A stretch of DNA of 56,897 nucleotides, counting the filler, from Platydemus manokwari (Eukaryota): NCBI GenBank assembly GCA_037951405.1. It is 5 parts of 5 records of this genome, joined end to end, with 100 filler letters (N's around TTAATTAATTAA, not from the genome) between each part and the next. Parts side by side here need not be neighbours in the genome. Positions count along the whole stretch, not along the records: positions 19,662 to 30,595 come from JBBMOY011038856.1; positions 30,696 to 45,264 come from JBBMOY011406978.1; 3 more parts are not named here. One strand, given 5' to 3'. Of this stretch, positions 23,344 to 36,918 are shown piece by piece. Under the pieces are notes generated by a model, which had not been told where the DNA came from, did not search any database, and was given only the letters and a program-made list of their open reading frames with translations. Position numbers and translations under genes: made by a program. Each line of letters begins with the position of its first letter. The stretch's first letter is position 1.

Positions 23344-24471
23344 ATGGGTAAAGACTATTATTCGATATTAGGAACTCAAAAAGGAGCAAGCGATGATGAA
23401 ATTAAAAAAGCATACCGAAAAATGGCTTTAAAGTATCATCCTGATAAAAATAAATCACCAAATGCAGAAGCTAAATTTAAGGAAATCGCAGAAGCTTATG
23501 AAGTAAGTTCGATTTGAAAAAGTAATGTTTTAAAATTGATTAGGTCTTAAGTGATCCTAAGAAGAAAGAAATTTATGACAAATATGGCGAGGAAGGTCTA
23601 AAAGGTGGTTTAGGAGGAGGCAGTGATGGTAGTGGTGGGCCAGGAGGATTTACCTACACTTTTCATGGGGACCCACGAGAAATATTTAAAAATTTTTTTG
23701 GTACAGATGATCCTTTTGCAAATATATTTGGAAGTCACTCTAGAAGAAGAGGTGCTGATAACTTTATGGACATTGATGATGATTTTCATCCAGGAATATC
23801 AATGTTTTCAGTAATTCAGTTAATTTTGCTTGGATGTAATTTTAATAATTTTCTAGGGATTTAATACTGGTGGGGGATCAGTTTTTCCTCATGGACAAAT
23901 GAAACAAGATCCACCTATTTATCATGATTTATCAGTTGCTTTGGAAGATGTGCTATCTGGTTGTTTAAAAAAAATTAGAATAACAAGAAAGCGCCCGTCA
24001 CCAGCGGGTAATTCATTAATCGATGAAGAAAAGATACTAGAAATAGATGTAAAGAAAGGGTGGAAAGCTGGTACAAAGATTACATTTCCTCGCGAAGGAG
24101 ACAAATACTTAACTGATAATATACCAGCAGATATAGTATTTGTTATCAAAGATAGAACTCACAAATATTTTAAACGGGACGGGTGTGACATACGACTAAA
24201 AGTGAAAATTAGTCTGAAGGATGCTCTATGTGGAATCACAAATCTTCAAATACCATCATTGGAAAATCAAATGATACCATTGTCTATTAATAGTATTATC
24301 AAACCTGATACACAAAAGCGTATTATTGGTAAAGGATTACCTGATAATAAAAACCCACAACGGCGCGGTGATATTATAGTAGAATTTGAAATCATTTTTC
24401 CGGATTCTATCAGTGACAATGCCAAAAAAGCTCTAAAACAATTCTTACCTGATTTTTCTCCTACCTACTGA
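23344..24471 (+). CDS. DNAJB: Class B DnaJ/Hsp40 co-chaperone (DNAJB1/4/5-like), complete, 346 aa
   Basis: Exons 23344-23502, 23544-23810 and 23857-24471, with 41- and 46-bp phase-0 introns. J domain MGKDYY...KYHPDKNK; G/F-rich linker [18 protein letters not shown]; C-terminal domain [42 protein letters not shown]. Confidence 0.97.
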
Positions 24472-24854
24472 ATTTTGTAGTTATTGAATATATATTCTAA
24501 GATTGTAATATTAGCTCCGCTTTTATATTCTTATGGCAAATAGCATGATTAAATTTTCAATAAAACCGGTGATAAATTTTTGTTATTTTAAAATTGTAGT
24601 TATTTAATCTTAATAAGAAAATAAATTTTAAAATCTGCTAAATTTAAAAAACTAATTTTAAGATTGATTAATTTTTCTAAAATTACACTTTGAAGTTAAT
24701 TTTGATGGAATGTTACTTGTTATTGGTTACAAGTTCTATTTGATGCAATGATGGATTAGATTATGTTCCTGTCAGTAATAATGATGTAAACAAATAGGCT
24801 TTATTAGCACAACAATTACGTAAATTGAATTCGAATGTTATGTTCTGTTTTTAA

Positions 24855-25075
24855 CCCTTTCAATACGACTTGGTCAGTGAAAATATTTTTGTATAACTGA
24901 ACTATATATGCTGCAAATAAATAAAGGAACGTAATTTCAGATTTTTAGAACATATGGTTTTTTGAAAGAATGCCTTGGGACACATGTCCCTGCAGTAGTT
25001 TAATGCGAATATTTTTCGCATCAGTAATTTTTGAACATTCTCTGGGACTTATATATCCCTGCAGTATTGAAAGGG
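24855..25075. mobile_element. piggyBac-like MITE (221 bp)
   Basis: TTAA|CCCTTTCAATAC ... GTATTGAAAGGG|TTAA: perfect 12-bp TIRs with CCC/GGG ends and TTAA duplications (24851-54, 25076-79). A subterminal GGGAC...TCCCTGCAGTA motif is present twice. Confidence 0.85.
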
Positions 25076-28000
25076 TTAAGGTTAAGGATGTTATCCAAAG
25101 ATTGATTATATAAAAATACTAGTGTCAGGGTAATGGTATCTACTCGAAAGAGCAGAAATTTTTTCTTGATGTATGTTGGTAACTTGTTTACGCAAGTTTC
25201 AAAATATATTTGATAGTAACTAATCAACTCCATAGCAGGCCATGATTTTTGAAGCATATTTTTATAATTATGAAGATTATTTGATTATAATTAAAAATGA
25301 AATACCCATGTGAAGATCTAATAATTTCTTTCTGCTTTCATTTAATTTTTCTGGTTTTATCAGCAGTATTTATAATATCGACCATAGTGTGCCGATGTCC
25401 GACACTACTGGCCAAAATTAAGTGTATTGACATTTAAATGTCGTTTTAATATTGAATTTAGTTGGTATTTAAACGCTAAAGTCAATTTCAAACGCCATTT
25501 TTCATTTTTAAATTCCTACAATTCTTGGGAACAATTATGGATGAATGTAAAATTTCATTGAATTGATTATTTAAATATTCTACAAGCTATTAAATAATCC
25601 ATCCTAAATTTATAATTCTTAATTTCCGAGAATATAATATAGACATAAGATAGCATTAATTTTTTCTCAGTTTATTTTGAAAAATATCTTATTCTTAAAT
25701 GAATTAATATAATTTTAGTGTTGAATAATAATCGTAATATTACTTAAATAATTATGAAGTTAGAACCACGCCGTTTCCCTTGACTATATGTGGATGTTGT
25801 CCATAATGACTCTTACTAGATTTAAAGTAATAGAATAGCATGCTTTGAATAAGAGGTATTAAGATTAAATTTTTCTATTTCCAATAAACTAAGATTTTGT
25901 TTAATGTTAGTTTTGTCTAAAGGTAATGTGAATACTGTTGCTATGACTTCCAATATCATTACGTGTTCTCCTTTGTCCCGCAGATTTTTAGACTTAGTTT
26001 AAATATTAGGTAAGATTTAATTCGATAGCAGTGATTTTGTGAGTTTAATTATTACATTCAAACGTCTTTGTTAAAATTCACTTAATATCAATTGTATTTG
26101 TTTGAATAGTTATAGATTGTAAAACTATATGATGATTATGTATTGTTTCGTGATGATTTATGAGATTATAATGATAAGATTTTGTTAGGTTTTAGCGAGC
26201 AGATATTGAGAACTAAAAAAATTTATTCATCAGAAAAACAGAATAGAATAAAATATGATTGACAATAGGGTTGTTTTTAGGCCCTTATAATGTGTGCTCA
26301 ACGTACTAAGCTGTTATCATTTCGATAGCCTTAGAAAATCAATGTTAATTGCACTTTAGATATCCACTGTAGCATGGGTAATAACAATAAATAACATGAT
26401 TCAATTACTAAGCTTAACTCTCAGTGGGCAAACTGGTAATTGTTAATTAAATTTTGAACTATTAAGGTGAGATTATTTAAACCTGTTGTTGTAGGAACCA
26501 GGATAAGTCATGTGACGCTGTTAATCGCCATCTGGATGTTTCAAGTAGTAATCTGGAGTAGGATTGAAGAACAATCTGAGGCCGCATTGATAACGTCACC
26601 TGAATGAAAATCAGGAAATCTATAGGCTCATTTACGTGTAAATCAAAAATATTTAAGTCAAATTATAAGAACAACACAGGGTTCTGTATGGAATTCATCA
26701 ATTACTTTGGCATTTTGATCATGTGTATATAATATGAACATTAAATACCACAGCTGTACCTTTATAAAAAATTATGCATTTATAGATCTGTAATAAGGTA
26801 TAACACATTGTCGTAATGATGTAACAAAATGTACGTGGTAATTTGATTATATAATATACTTATATAATTAGTGCTAATGTTGTTCAAGAGAATGATAAAT
26901 TCTTGATATACCAAAGGAAAATAACTGATAATGACAATTTGTGTGGAATTAATAATTGTAGTAAATTGAAATAGTATGATAATAACACATCTGACATTAG
27001 CGATAATCATATATGATAGTCCTCAAAATGAAATTAAAAAAGTAATTAGTAAAACAAGCATTAATAAAGATAAATAAAAAATATAAATAAAGAAAAATCT
27101 AGTTAGTTGCACATATACTTGTTTACACAGTCATACAAATTAAGACAACCAAGCAGTCAGTATTGAGCAAATATTTCAATTAAGCAAAACATATATCTAC
27201 ATAAAGACACATACAAAGGAATTAACCAAACTCAAACACGATAAATCATTAAATTCAATTGGAATATTGAAAATCAGAACATTGAAGCACAAGTAACATA
27301 ACAAACTATTGGTTATAAATTTCATAGGAAATATTGACTATTGCCAGTTGAAACTAATTGAAGATAATGAAATAGGTTTTAGGCTTTTACTGAGATTTTA
27401 AGGTTAGATAAATATCAACACAAGAATGTTGATAGCAAAGCGAAGATCAGAGAATGATGAAGGTTGTAATTTATAAAAGTTGGTAGAATTAAAGATAAGA
27501 CAATCGAGATAAGTTCAACAAGGAGAAAAATTAAGTAATCATTTCTGAGTTAGTTCATAGATAATTTGACATAGAATTTTCTGTGAGAATTCGTCTTTAA
27601 TTATTAGCGTGTTCTTAACAACGCCTTTTGTTGACCCGATGATATTCTGTAAATACATATTAAGATGAAGGAAAACTCATGTAAAATTTGAAAAATTACA
27701 AATAATTGGTTGGATACACATGTTTAAATTTGAGTTTGTAGGGTGGGGTTATAACTGTTAGTGCTTCCTTATAGGTAGATATCATAAATTTAGCAACAAC
27801 CTACTGTTTTTGGCCATTTTTTCCTAACTTTGGTTGGGGTATTTTTTAATTTTTCTTCGATGACCTTAAGGTCGATTAAAAAATGGAAACAAATAATTTT
27901 TGCAATTACTTGATTCTTCAGACACCTAAGTCAAATTTAAAATTTTCTATTTGAATAATTTGTAAAATTTTTACTTCTTCCCTTTTTTGGAAATTTAAAA

Positions 28001-28695
28001 TATTCCTGATATTGTAATCTATTTAACTTTTGTTACAATTTAAAAATTTTTTAATCTTCTTTTGGTCAAATCTAGTAAGTTAATCTAACTCATGCATGTG
28101 TTACTTTACTGTATTGTGTTATATTGCTTGCATTATATAGTGACTGCATTTATATGATGTCGTGTGTACAGCTAAAGATCTCGATTTATATATTTATTAT
28201 ATAGTTTTATAAAATTGTGCACACAAAATAATTTAAATAAAGTAATACGATTAACAATTCTTGAAAATATATTAAAAATCCATAAAAATGAAAAGTCGAA
28301 ACTGACCACCGAATATCTGTTTGAAGAGATAGTGATATTTGTTTATTCAATTACATAGAACGAAAATGTTAAATCAGACTGAGTGTTAAATAACGCTTTC
28401 GTTGTAAGTGATCGAATAAACACACATCTAATTAAAAATAGTGGGAGTTTTCCATTCATTAAATGTGGGAGTAATAACCAAATATGGAAATTACTAACCC
28501 ACGTAACCAAATTTAGTCACTTAAAATGATTAAATTTAGACATCGAACTTACTCATTCCACGTACGCCCACATAGATAGAAAATATAAATATCCAAATCA
28601 ATCGGCAAAAAACAATACAATTTCGTCAGCCATAAATTTTACCAGCTATAATTTCTAGCCACAATTTGTCATTGCAAAAATTCTCGACATAAACT

Positions 28696-28696
<1 letters not shown>

Positions 28697-28772
<76 letters not shown>
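28697..28772. repeat. (AAT)~25 microsatellite
   Basis: Long perfect AAT run. Confidence 0.95.
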
Positions 28773-28776
<4 letters not shown>

Positions 28777-28899
28777 TTAACAGGAACCCAAAAATAACAT
28801 AGATACTGTCTGAAATGCATGACAAACTAGCGAATAATCGAAAAATATTTGTTTGTCATGTATTAGTGACTTGTCAAGAACCGCCATCCATAAGTAATT

Positions 28900-29260
28900 A
28901 AAACTTCCAATATGATTACTGTAATATGACTTAGCACTGCACCAACTACTCCAAAAATTGCGTATAAATAAATGATCTGTTTTATCGAGGATAATCCGCA
29001 ATTGGTGCTTCACACAAACCTATTTTCAATTTCATAAAACTTTCTCGGTATGCTTCGATAAATCTTTGTCATTTCCAGATGTCGAGGCATATAGGTGGAG
29101 TAATTTGTAAGACCCAAATCATCTTAATTGTTATGTGCAAAGCTGGTTCCTGAGCATTTGTGATTTGAGCAATTTCAACGGTGTTTGTTTTCACATCTTT
29201 GCTTAGTACGTGACCCAAAAATCCTCTCTATCAAAACTTTCGCTTTCCGCTCAGAAGATA
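28900..29260 (-). pseudogene. Ty3/Gypsy pol remnant (RT thumb-connection-RNase H start)
   Basis: Minus-strand fragments in canonical order: FLGHVLSKD, SFMKLKIGLCEAPIADYPR*NRSFI, GVVGAVLS; stops and frameshifts between them. Confidence 0.72.
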
Positions 29261-29535
29261 ATTCTTATTATCAATGTGGGAATAAACTCCGAATGCCAAT
29301 ATTGTCTTTGGATATTTTTAAAATAAAAATAGGTATTCTACTGCAAGGTATTCGTGCTTAATTGCAAATATTCATTCAAGAATGAATTTCACGTAAATTA
29401 AATTATAGTAACAATAAGTATTGTCAATAAAATTCATAACAAAGTTTTTAATCGATAAAAATTTATTCTGCATCCAAATACTGAACAAGTAAACATACGA
29501 AAAAGTATAACTATTCATTGTTTTAACTATTGGGC

Positions 29536-30543
29536 TTATACTTCAATACCAACTCCAAAATTATCCGAATCAAACCAATTTTCTTTATTTTTCTTTCGTT
29601 TATCATTCAACTTTGTTGACGTCTTTGATGGGGTTTTTCTTACGTTACTAAGCTACAAAAGGGTAAATCTAATAATCACAAAAATAATTACTCTTCCAGT
29701 GCTTTTAGAATCTGTTAGATTCTGAATTAATATAAATTATTTATAAGTTTTATCACATATATAAAGATCTTACTAGTTTATTCGACAAATTCAGTTTTTG
29801 AGGAGTTGCGGTAACATTAATATTTCTTGTTCTTTCAGATCTTATTCCAAATTCTTTATATTCATAACTAATGTTTTCCAAATCAATATCAACGCCATCA
29901 GAATGAACTGATTCAATATCTGTGATTTCCATTGTGTTTTTGATGACATCATTTTCATTAAATAAAACCTTTCTTCTTTTGCTCGCCGATCCTGGTTGGC
30001 GAAGTATTCCCTTTGGGGTTTTTTGAGGAGTTTGTTTTCCAATCAATACCTAAATAAACGTTACTATTATCAAAAAGGAATATAACTAACATTTGAATCC
30101 AAATTATTTAAATCAATAAGTGATTCCAATTTTGATGATAATCTTTGACTTTTAGGTGTCGCTATGCTTGCTCGTTTGATATATTCAGGAATTTGAGTAC
30201 ATATCGGAGGCGAGTTTGTTATTAGTTTATTTTTCAGGTCTTCGTATTCTGATTCAATATATCTTAAATTTGAAATTATACCTATTTTCTCTTCAATATC
30301 TTTAGTTAGTAATGTAATTTTAGCCTCATTATTTTCGGATTGCTGCTTATATAGTTTTTCCGAGTTAGTTAATTCGTCAATTAAAATTTCCTAAAATCAA
30401 ATGACATTAAATAAAGATGAATATGATAAACACCATAAATAAATAATAAATTAATATTATTTATAATATACCATTTCATTATTTTTCTCATTCAGCTCAT
30501 TTATGGAAGATTTTGCTTTGATTAAAAGTTCTTGAATTTGATT
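29536..30543 (-). CDS. 3' exons of a coiled-coil protein with a basic S/T-P-rich tail; probable SYCP1-like synaptonemal complex protein
   Basis: Exons 30543-30472, 30390-30091, 30049-29774, 29721-29692 and 29652-29536 (TAA), with phase-0 GT-AG introns of 81, 41, 52 and 39 bp (264 aa). Heptad-like segment, then TPKS, TPQKTPKGILRQPGSASKRRKVLF, TPQK, TPSK, ending NWFDSDNFGVGIEV. The gene structure is well supported; the identity is tentative. Confidence 0.7.
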
Positions 30544-30595
30544 CTAAATATATAAATATAAATGTTATAACCCTGTCTTTTTTAAAATAATAATC

Positions 30596-30695
30596 NNNNN
30601 NNNNNNNNNNNNNNNNNNNNNNNNNNNNNNNNNNNNNNNTTAATTAATTAANNNNNNNNNNNNNNNNNNNNNNNNNNNNNNNNNNNNNNNNNNNN
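30596..30695. other. Artificial contig-joining spacer 3
   Basis: 44N-TTAATTAATTAA-44N. Confidence 0.97.
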
Positions 30696-33600
30696 TATTG
30701 AAAAATTTCAAAAGAAATATTAAATTTATTTTTTATTTTAATTAAATTTTAATTAATTAATTAATGATTAAATTAATTAAAATTATTTCAAACGAAAGTT
30801 GAGCTGAATAAACTAATGAATGAATGAAAGATTTATCAAACTTGATAATTAATTAATTAATATTTAAAAAATTGCATGAGAACCAATGAGATATTTTAAA
30901 ACTAAAAATAATTTTACTGTCCTTTAATTTTTTTTTAATTCTTTACAAATGTACCCATGGAACACCAAGCTTAAACTTTTCAAAGAGCGTGCCTCTGATG
31001 TAAGGCTTTAAGTATTTTATATTATATTTGTGATTGTTACGAGAGTTTTACTGATCGATCCAGTGACGAATTCAATACAGTCCATCAATAAATTGATTTC
31101 ACGATTTTTTCTAATCATCAGTAACGAATAATGCCTCGAATCACTTCTAATACGCATCATTGAATTGTTGAAATCATTGTTAATATTCACTGACAATGAG
31201 ATCCAAGTTTCTTTTATGTTTTCTCTTATCATTTTTCAAATTTCTCTCTGCCTATCAAAATTGATCGATAATCCTCAACAATATATATTGTTGAAATCAA
31301 TAATTATCATCTCGTCCATTCAAGGAAAATTTGTTATTTTCATTGATTCAACTATATTGAAGATACAAATGAATCGATAAATGATGAAAAACAAGTAAAT
31401 TGAACACAAAGAGTATAATGCCGTCACCAGTTGTAATTATTCTTTCTAGAACTGTCAATTAATCTTTAAATGTTCTTTGAAATTGGAAATAGATTTTTCT
31501 AAATTATACAAAAACCTTTTTTCTCCTATCTAGCCAATCCAATATGTTCACAATTTTTTAAAATGTTCGCAGAGGTTTTCAAAAACTAAATTTGAAATTT
31601 TTTTCGTCTAATTAAAGGAATGTCGATATGAAGCGAGTTGATATGCAACGACATAAATTACTAGTAACCAATAGTAAATGGTGAATGGATATTCCATTAC
31701 TGCGATATTGGCCGACATCATCTGCGTTAAATAAAAATTCAATAATAATTTATTAAGAATTATTATAATTATTATTGAGAATAATTAATAAGAAGATCAG
31801 TATTAATTAAAACATTAATTAATTAATTAAAAATAATAAATTGAATAATAATTAATTAATTTTTTTATTAAAAACTTTTCCTGATTAATGTTCCTAAGCA
31901 CTTTAAAACTGAAAATGAAATAATTTTACATTTATATTGATATAATTGAGAGCCAATACTTATTGCACTTATGCTTTACTTGTCTAATAATCGAATATAT
32001 GTGATTCTGCTTCGAGCATCTGATGCCGGCACATATTTTTCATAACATTTCAATTTTATACAAATTGGTCACTACAAGTTTTTAAAAATAATTCCCCGAT
32101 ATTAAATCACGGCATCAAACATACTGATTGAATCCATGCATGCACATGTATATACATGTATCTTGTGATTTCATAAGAAATCTATCACTCACACTATATG
32201 ATGATGACAGAATTGAGTATGAGAACTTGTAGCACAATACTGATCATTACACACTTTCTTACTAATGTCTGAAAACCAATTATGCAATAAGCTTAATATA
32301 TTAAGTAATGTTCTGTAAGTCTGAAGAATTTTTCGGGGCTGAATTTCTTAACACGAAATATTTTTCAATTGGTGCCTGTTTATTTTTCTCATACACGCAC
32401 ATAAATGACTATCAATCACACAATTTAGACGAATTATTTCTTGTAACCGTTGATCTAAATAATTAATAACAATTATTGCCACAATCTCATTAATAATTGA
32501 TTTATTGTTCCGTTTATATTTTTATTTATTTGTCATTGATAATGAAGGATCAAACAACAGTTTCCACTAATTATTGGTAAACTTTTTTTTTACCAAATTA
32601 TTCATAATACGTATTTGACTGATGATAAATGTTTCTGAATTCTGTTGGTGAACATGATATGAAAAAAACAATTTTAATTACATAATTCACAATTTGCTTT
32701 ATTTGCATTACATAGTTGCTTTATCGATCATTATAAATTGGGTGTAACCTAGCTAGGAGAATATCATTTGTCGAATTATTATTTATTATGATATCGAAAC
32801 CATTTTAGTTTGTAGAGAAGACATTTTCAAAATCATATTAAAAAATAATTTATAACGATTTTTTTTTCTGTATTCCACAATTTTTCAAATAGTTCTCACC
32901 AAAAACTGAATCACAGTCAACATAATAATGTTAGTATCAAATTTACTTTTATGTACTCAGTCATAGAGTGGTGGTAGATTTGATATATCAACAATTTACA
33001 TTGAGAATTGTTGTCAATATTTTTTGATACAATATAATTTGTAAAATGCTCTGTGAGTTTAACTTTATGTTTATTTTGTAAACTATCAGGAAATTTTAAT
33101 GATTTTTACATTGAATTTAATTGGTTATCGAATTTTCGATAGATATATTTATGGTTTTGTTATCGAGAAAATTTTATGAACTTCTTAAATATAATTTGAG
33201 TTTCATTGGTGAAAATTAATATTAATAAATAATTTGAACCCATACCAACAATTGCAAAACAGAATCTAATTTAATTGTTGACAGTTTTTCAAAGAAAATC
33301 AATGATATCGAGTTAGAAACATGCGCAATTTACCAATAGATTTCTCTCACAGAGGTTTGCTGTCATCTTGACCATGTTCATGTTTCAAACTTATAATGAC
33401 AAAATTATTGATAGCATTGATTGCATTTTGTGAATTCTTTCTTTAACAGTATTGGATTTCAAAAACATGTTAAAGAATATCAACAGATAGAATTACTGTT
33501 CATTTAGAGTTGTAGGAAATGTAAAAACCATAAATGAATTATTAAGAATATAAATATTAAATAAAATGCTTCTGAATACATCTGAATGTTGAAAATTAAC

Positions 33601-33989
33601 CGAGAGTTAAATTAATCAGTTATATCAGAAGTAGCATTGAAATTAGTTAGAACAAATAGTGGATTTTTTGTAAGCTGAGAATAATTGATATTTTTGATTA
33701 CTGAGCTGAACTGTTTTCTGATCTTGCAAACATAATTTTAAGATAAATAGGCAAATAAAATAAAATAATGGCACATAATAAATTTCTTCGATATCCCGGT
33801 GATAATTATGGAATTGATTATGAATTTTAATTTGAAGAAATAAAAAATCTATTCTAGGAAACAAGCGGATTTATTTATTTTTGAAATCGTAATAAACTAA
33901 GAGCACTATCTCCATAAATATCAAGCGATCATTGATGAATTTTAATATTGATTAATTCTCTTCAAACGACTTATCTAGGCTATACAAAG

Positions 33990-34259
33990 GCCTCATCAAT
34001 GGCTCTGGACTAAAGCATATATGAATGAAGAAATTTTCGCAAACAGCAATTTATTTGTACGGCTGAGAAAAGCATTACCTAGCAATAAATATAATAATCC
34101 AATGTTCAAGACTACTATATTGTTGTTGAAATTCTTAAACATTTTTCAATGGATATACCAGAAGTCGCATTAGAACCGAGTTACTAATAAATTAATTCTG
34201 TGGCGACTAAAATTGAGCTGCGCTTTTGAAAGTTGATCAGAACTCAGTGATTTAATATT
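33990..34259 (+). pseudogene. Ty3/Gypsy RNase H remnant
   Basis: Fragments KFSQT../TAEK.. and NKLILWRLKLSCAFE resemble the Gypsy RNase H motifs SRKL...Y...EKE and RL.RWRL.L.EY.F; disrupted. Confidence 0.45.
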
Positions 34260-34422
34260 NNNNNNNNNNNNNNNNNNNNNNNNNNNNNNNNNNNNNNNNN
34301 NNNNNNNNNNNNNNNNNNNNNNNNNNNNNNNNNNNNNNNNNNNNNNNNNNNNNNNNNNNNNNNNNNNNNNNNNNNNNNNNNNNNNNNNNNNNNNNNNNNN
34401 NNNNNNNNNNNNNNNNNNNNNN
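34260..34422. other. Within-scaffold sequencing gap (163 N)
   Basis: Plain N run without linker. Confidence 0.95.
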
Positions 34423-36752
34423 ATTATAATGCACATAGTTATTTATAAATTTCTGTTTGTTATGGTTTTCCGATATTTTCCTATAAATATACAATGAATT
34501 AATGAATAAAGGAATACCATATTTTCATTTCAACAGCATAAATATTTCTAATTTCTGAAAATTCTCAAATCGCCAGATGTTATTCTTTAATTTTATTGGA
34601 TAACGTTTTTCGATTAATAAAATCCATAAAAGAATTGTTGAAATCAAAGGTAATTTTGTTTCTATTCCCAGTTAATTATAATACAGTTGTTTTTTCATTT
34701 AGATTTTAAATAAATAATTATCGATTTAAATTTTTCAATAAATTAATCCGTATTTGCTTTTACGTGAAAGTTTTCTGACAGTAGCCACAGTGGACTGGTC
34801 AAATGTTTCTCATAAAAGCTAAAATTTCATATCGTTTCATTTTCTCATATAAACTATAGAACAATGGAATTGCTGTTTCTAGGATACTAAATTTATTTTG
34901 ACTTTATGATCTTTTGTTTTTGCTTTGTCCTTATGTGGAAATATTATTATTAAATGAGCGATAATTTTGGTTGACTTGGAAATAATATATTCTTAAAATC
35001 TTCAAATAATTTTCGCATCACTTTAAAAGCGATGTTTCTTTTGGGATAGACGTTTTCGAATCACGTAGTCTAGCTTTTTTGTAACTTTAAACAAAATAAA
35101 TGGCTTTCCTTTACCACATACATTCTACTTTTTCGTTTTCACAACATACGTTATAGATTACCAATCCTGCTACCTTGATGATCAACACATTTCCATTAAA
35201 TGTGATAATGATATTTTCCAAAATATAAAATCCAATTGTAGTAATAGTGCATATAACCCAAACAAACCACTTATATTCTTGCTCTCGCCGAGAAAAATAC
35301 TATCATCAATATTCATACTCTAATTTATTCAACATCTTTGTGATTATTATTATTACTATAGAATTCAATAATGAAAATGAAAAGATTTATTTCGAAACAT
35401 AAAAATTTTCTTTTGAAAATCAAAGTCCGAAATTCTGGTTTTGTAGTCCAAATTTTGCAAGTCGAAGCCGGTTTTTATAGGCATGAATATGTTCACTGTG
35501 GGCTTTTCTTAAGTCTTATATACTCATTCCGCGATCACTCCGTTTTTCATCAATTACCAGGCTAAAATATAGAAAAACAGAATATAGTTATGCAACAATA
35601 ATAAAACTCATCTGCGTGGCGAAATTTTTTTCTGATATGGTTTTCTTCATGCTATGTGTGTGTATGTGTATTACCTATTTTTATATGTTTCGTTTCTCTG
35701 GTATTAATCGAATTTGAAGGCAAAATAAATTTATTTCATTTTAATGTATTCATATTAATGGAAATTTTTAATGAGTTTTTTGTAAATTAAATTTTATATT
35801 GATCGAGAAAAATCAAAATACTTCTCGTTTGTAACATTAAATTCACTATCGATGTATTTTAAAATCGTTAAAAAATGGTTTTGATAAAATTGAATTGTGC
35901 ATTTTAAAATGAAAAATATTTTTTGACATTGTCGTTAGCTCAACAGATGACTTATATTCCCCAATGTATGATAAGCTTGATGCTGATATAATTATAATTT
36001 TAATGATGGTAATTTTTACATTAAGTTTTTTAATGAATATGAACATAATACTTTCTTTTTCTTCTGATTTCTGCATTGATATCATTTATTGATTTTTATG
36101 ATGTGAATTTCTTGATTCAGTTATAAACAATAGTAGTGATAATTATATTGGTTTAGATTCCGAGTTGATCAAAAGCAGCAACGAAAACAATCATATATTG
36201 AAAGTGGATCTGAATTGGCATTGAACTATTATGACACTCAAAAAATACCAAAGAGATTGAGCTTTTTTAAATCAAATGACAAACCGAAATTACACGAAAG
36301 TCGATCCAAAGCGAAATCAATGGCCAACATTCATGTTATCGAAGGTAATCCAACGATAGTTATATATTATGACAAAAATTATATTATCTTTGAAAATATA
36401 AATTCAATTTTTATCGCTTTTTGATAATTATTATTCCGATTACACTATGAAGTACTTGAATTGAAATAATCACAGATCACTGTGTAAAATCAATAAATAT
36501 TTCTTAATAATTATGATTCCCCTATAAATTTACATGGATTAATTAGTTGGTTCTTTTCACAATTGGTGTAAATTGACTTAAATTTGAACGAATTTTTGTT
36601 TGGGAAATAAGATATGGCAGTAATATTTCATATGTTACTGATTGATTGCTCTAAACATGATTGATTTTCAATATTTTTACCACTTTTTTATTAGAAATAT
36701 TTTTAATCATTTTATCTTTATTATAAGCGATCTATAAAAAAATAATTTCAGC

Positions 36753-36918
36753 ATTCCTTCTCCTAACCGCCACCTTTGAGGAAATGGAAAAATGTGGCGG
36801 CTAAGAGGAATTTTTTTATAAGAAAAATAATAAAGAAGAACAATCCAATGAACTTTTTAATCTAGTTATTATCCAAAAATGTGGTGGTTAAGAGGAATTT
36901 GCGGTTAGGAAGAGGAAT
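36753..36918. mobile_element. Small MITE-like element (~166 bp)
   Basis: ATTCCTTCTCCTAACCGC ... GCGGTTAGGAAGAGGAAT form near-perfect 18-bp inverted ends; internal direct repeats GTGG(C/T)GG(C/T)TAAGAGGAATTT at ~36794 and 36881. Confidence 0.6.

Noticed and set aside
31600-31722. Possible minus-strand terminal exon (DVGQYRSNGISIHHLLLV...)
   Set aside because: A plausible acceptor, but short, with no homology and no linked exons.
35155-35565. GC-richer patches with candidate splice sites on both strands
   Set aside because: Conflicting strand and frame options, internal stops and no recognisable domain.
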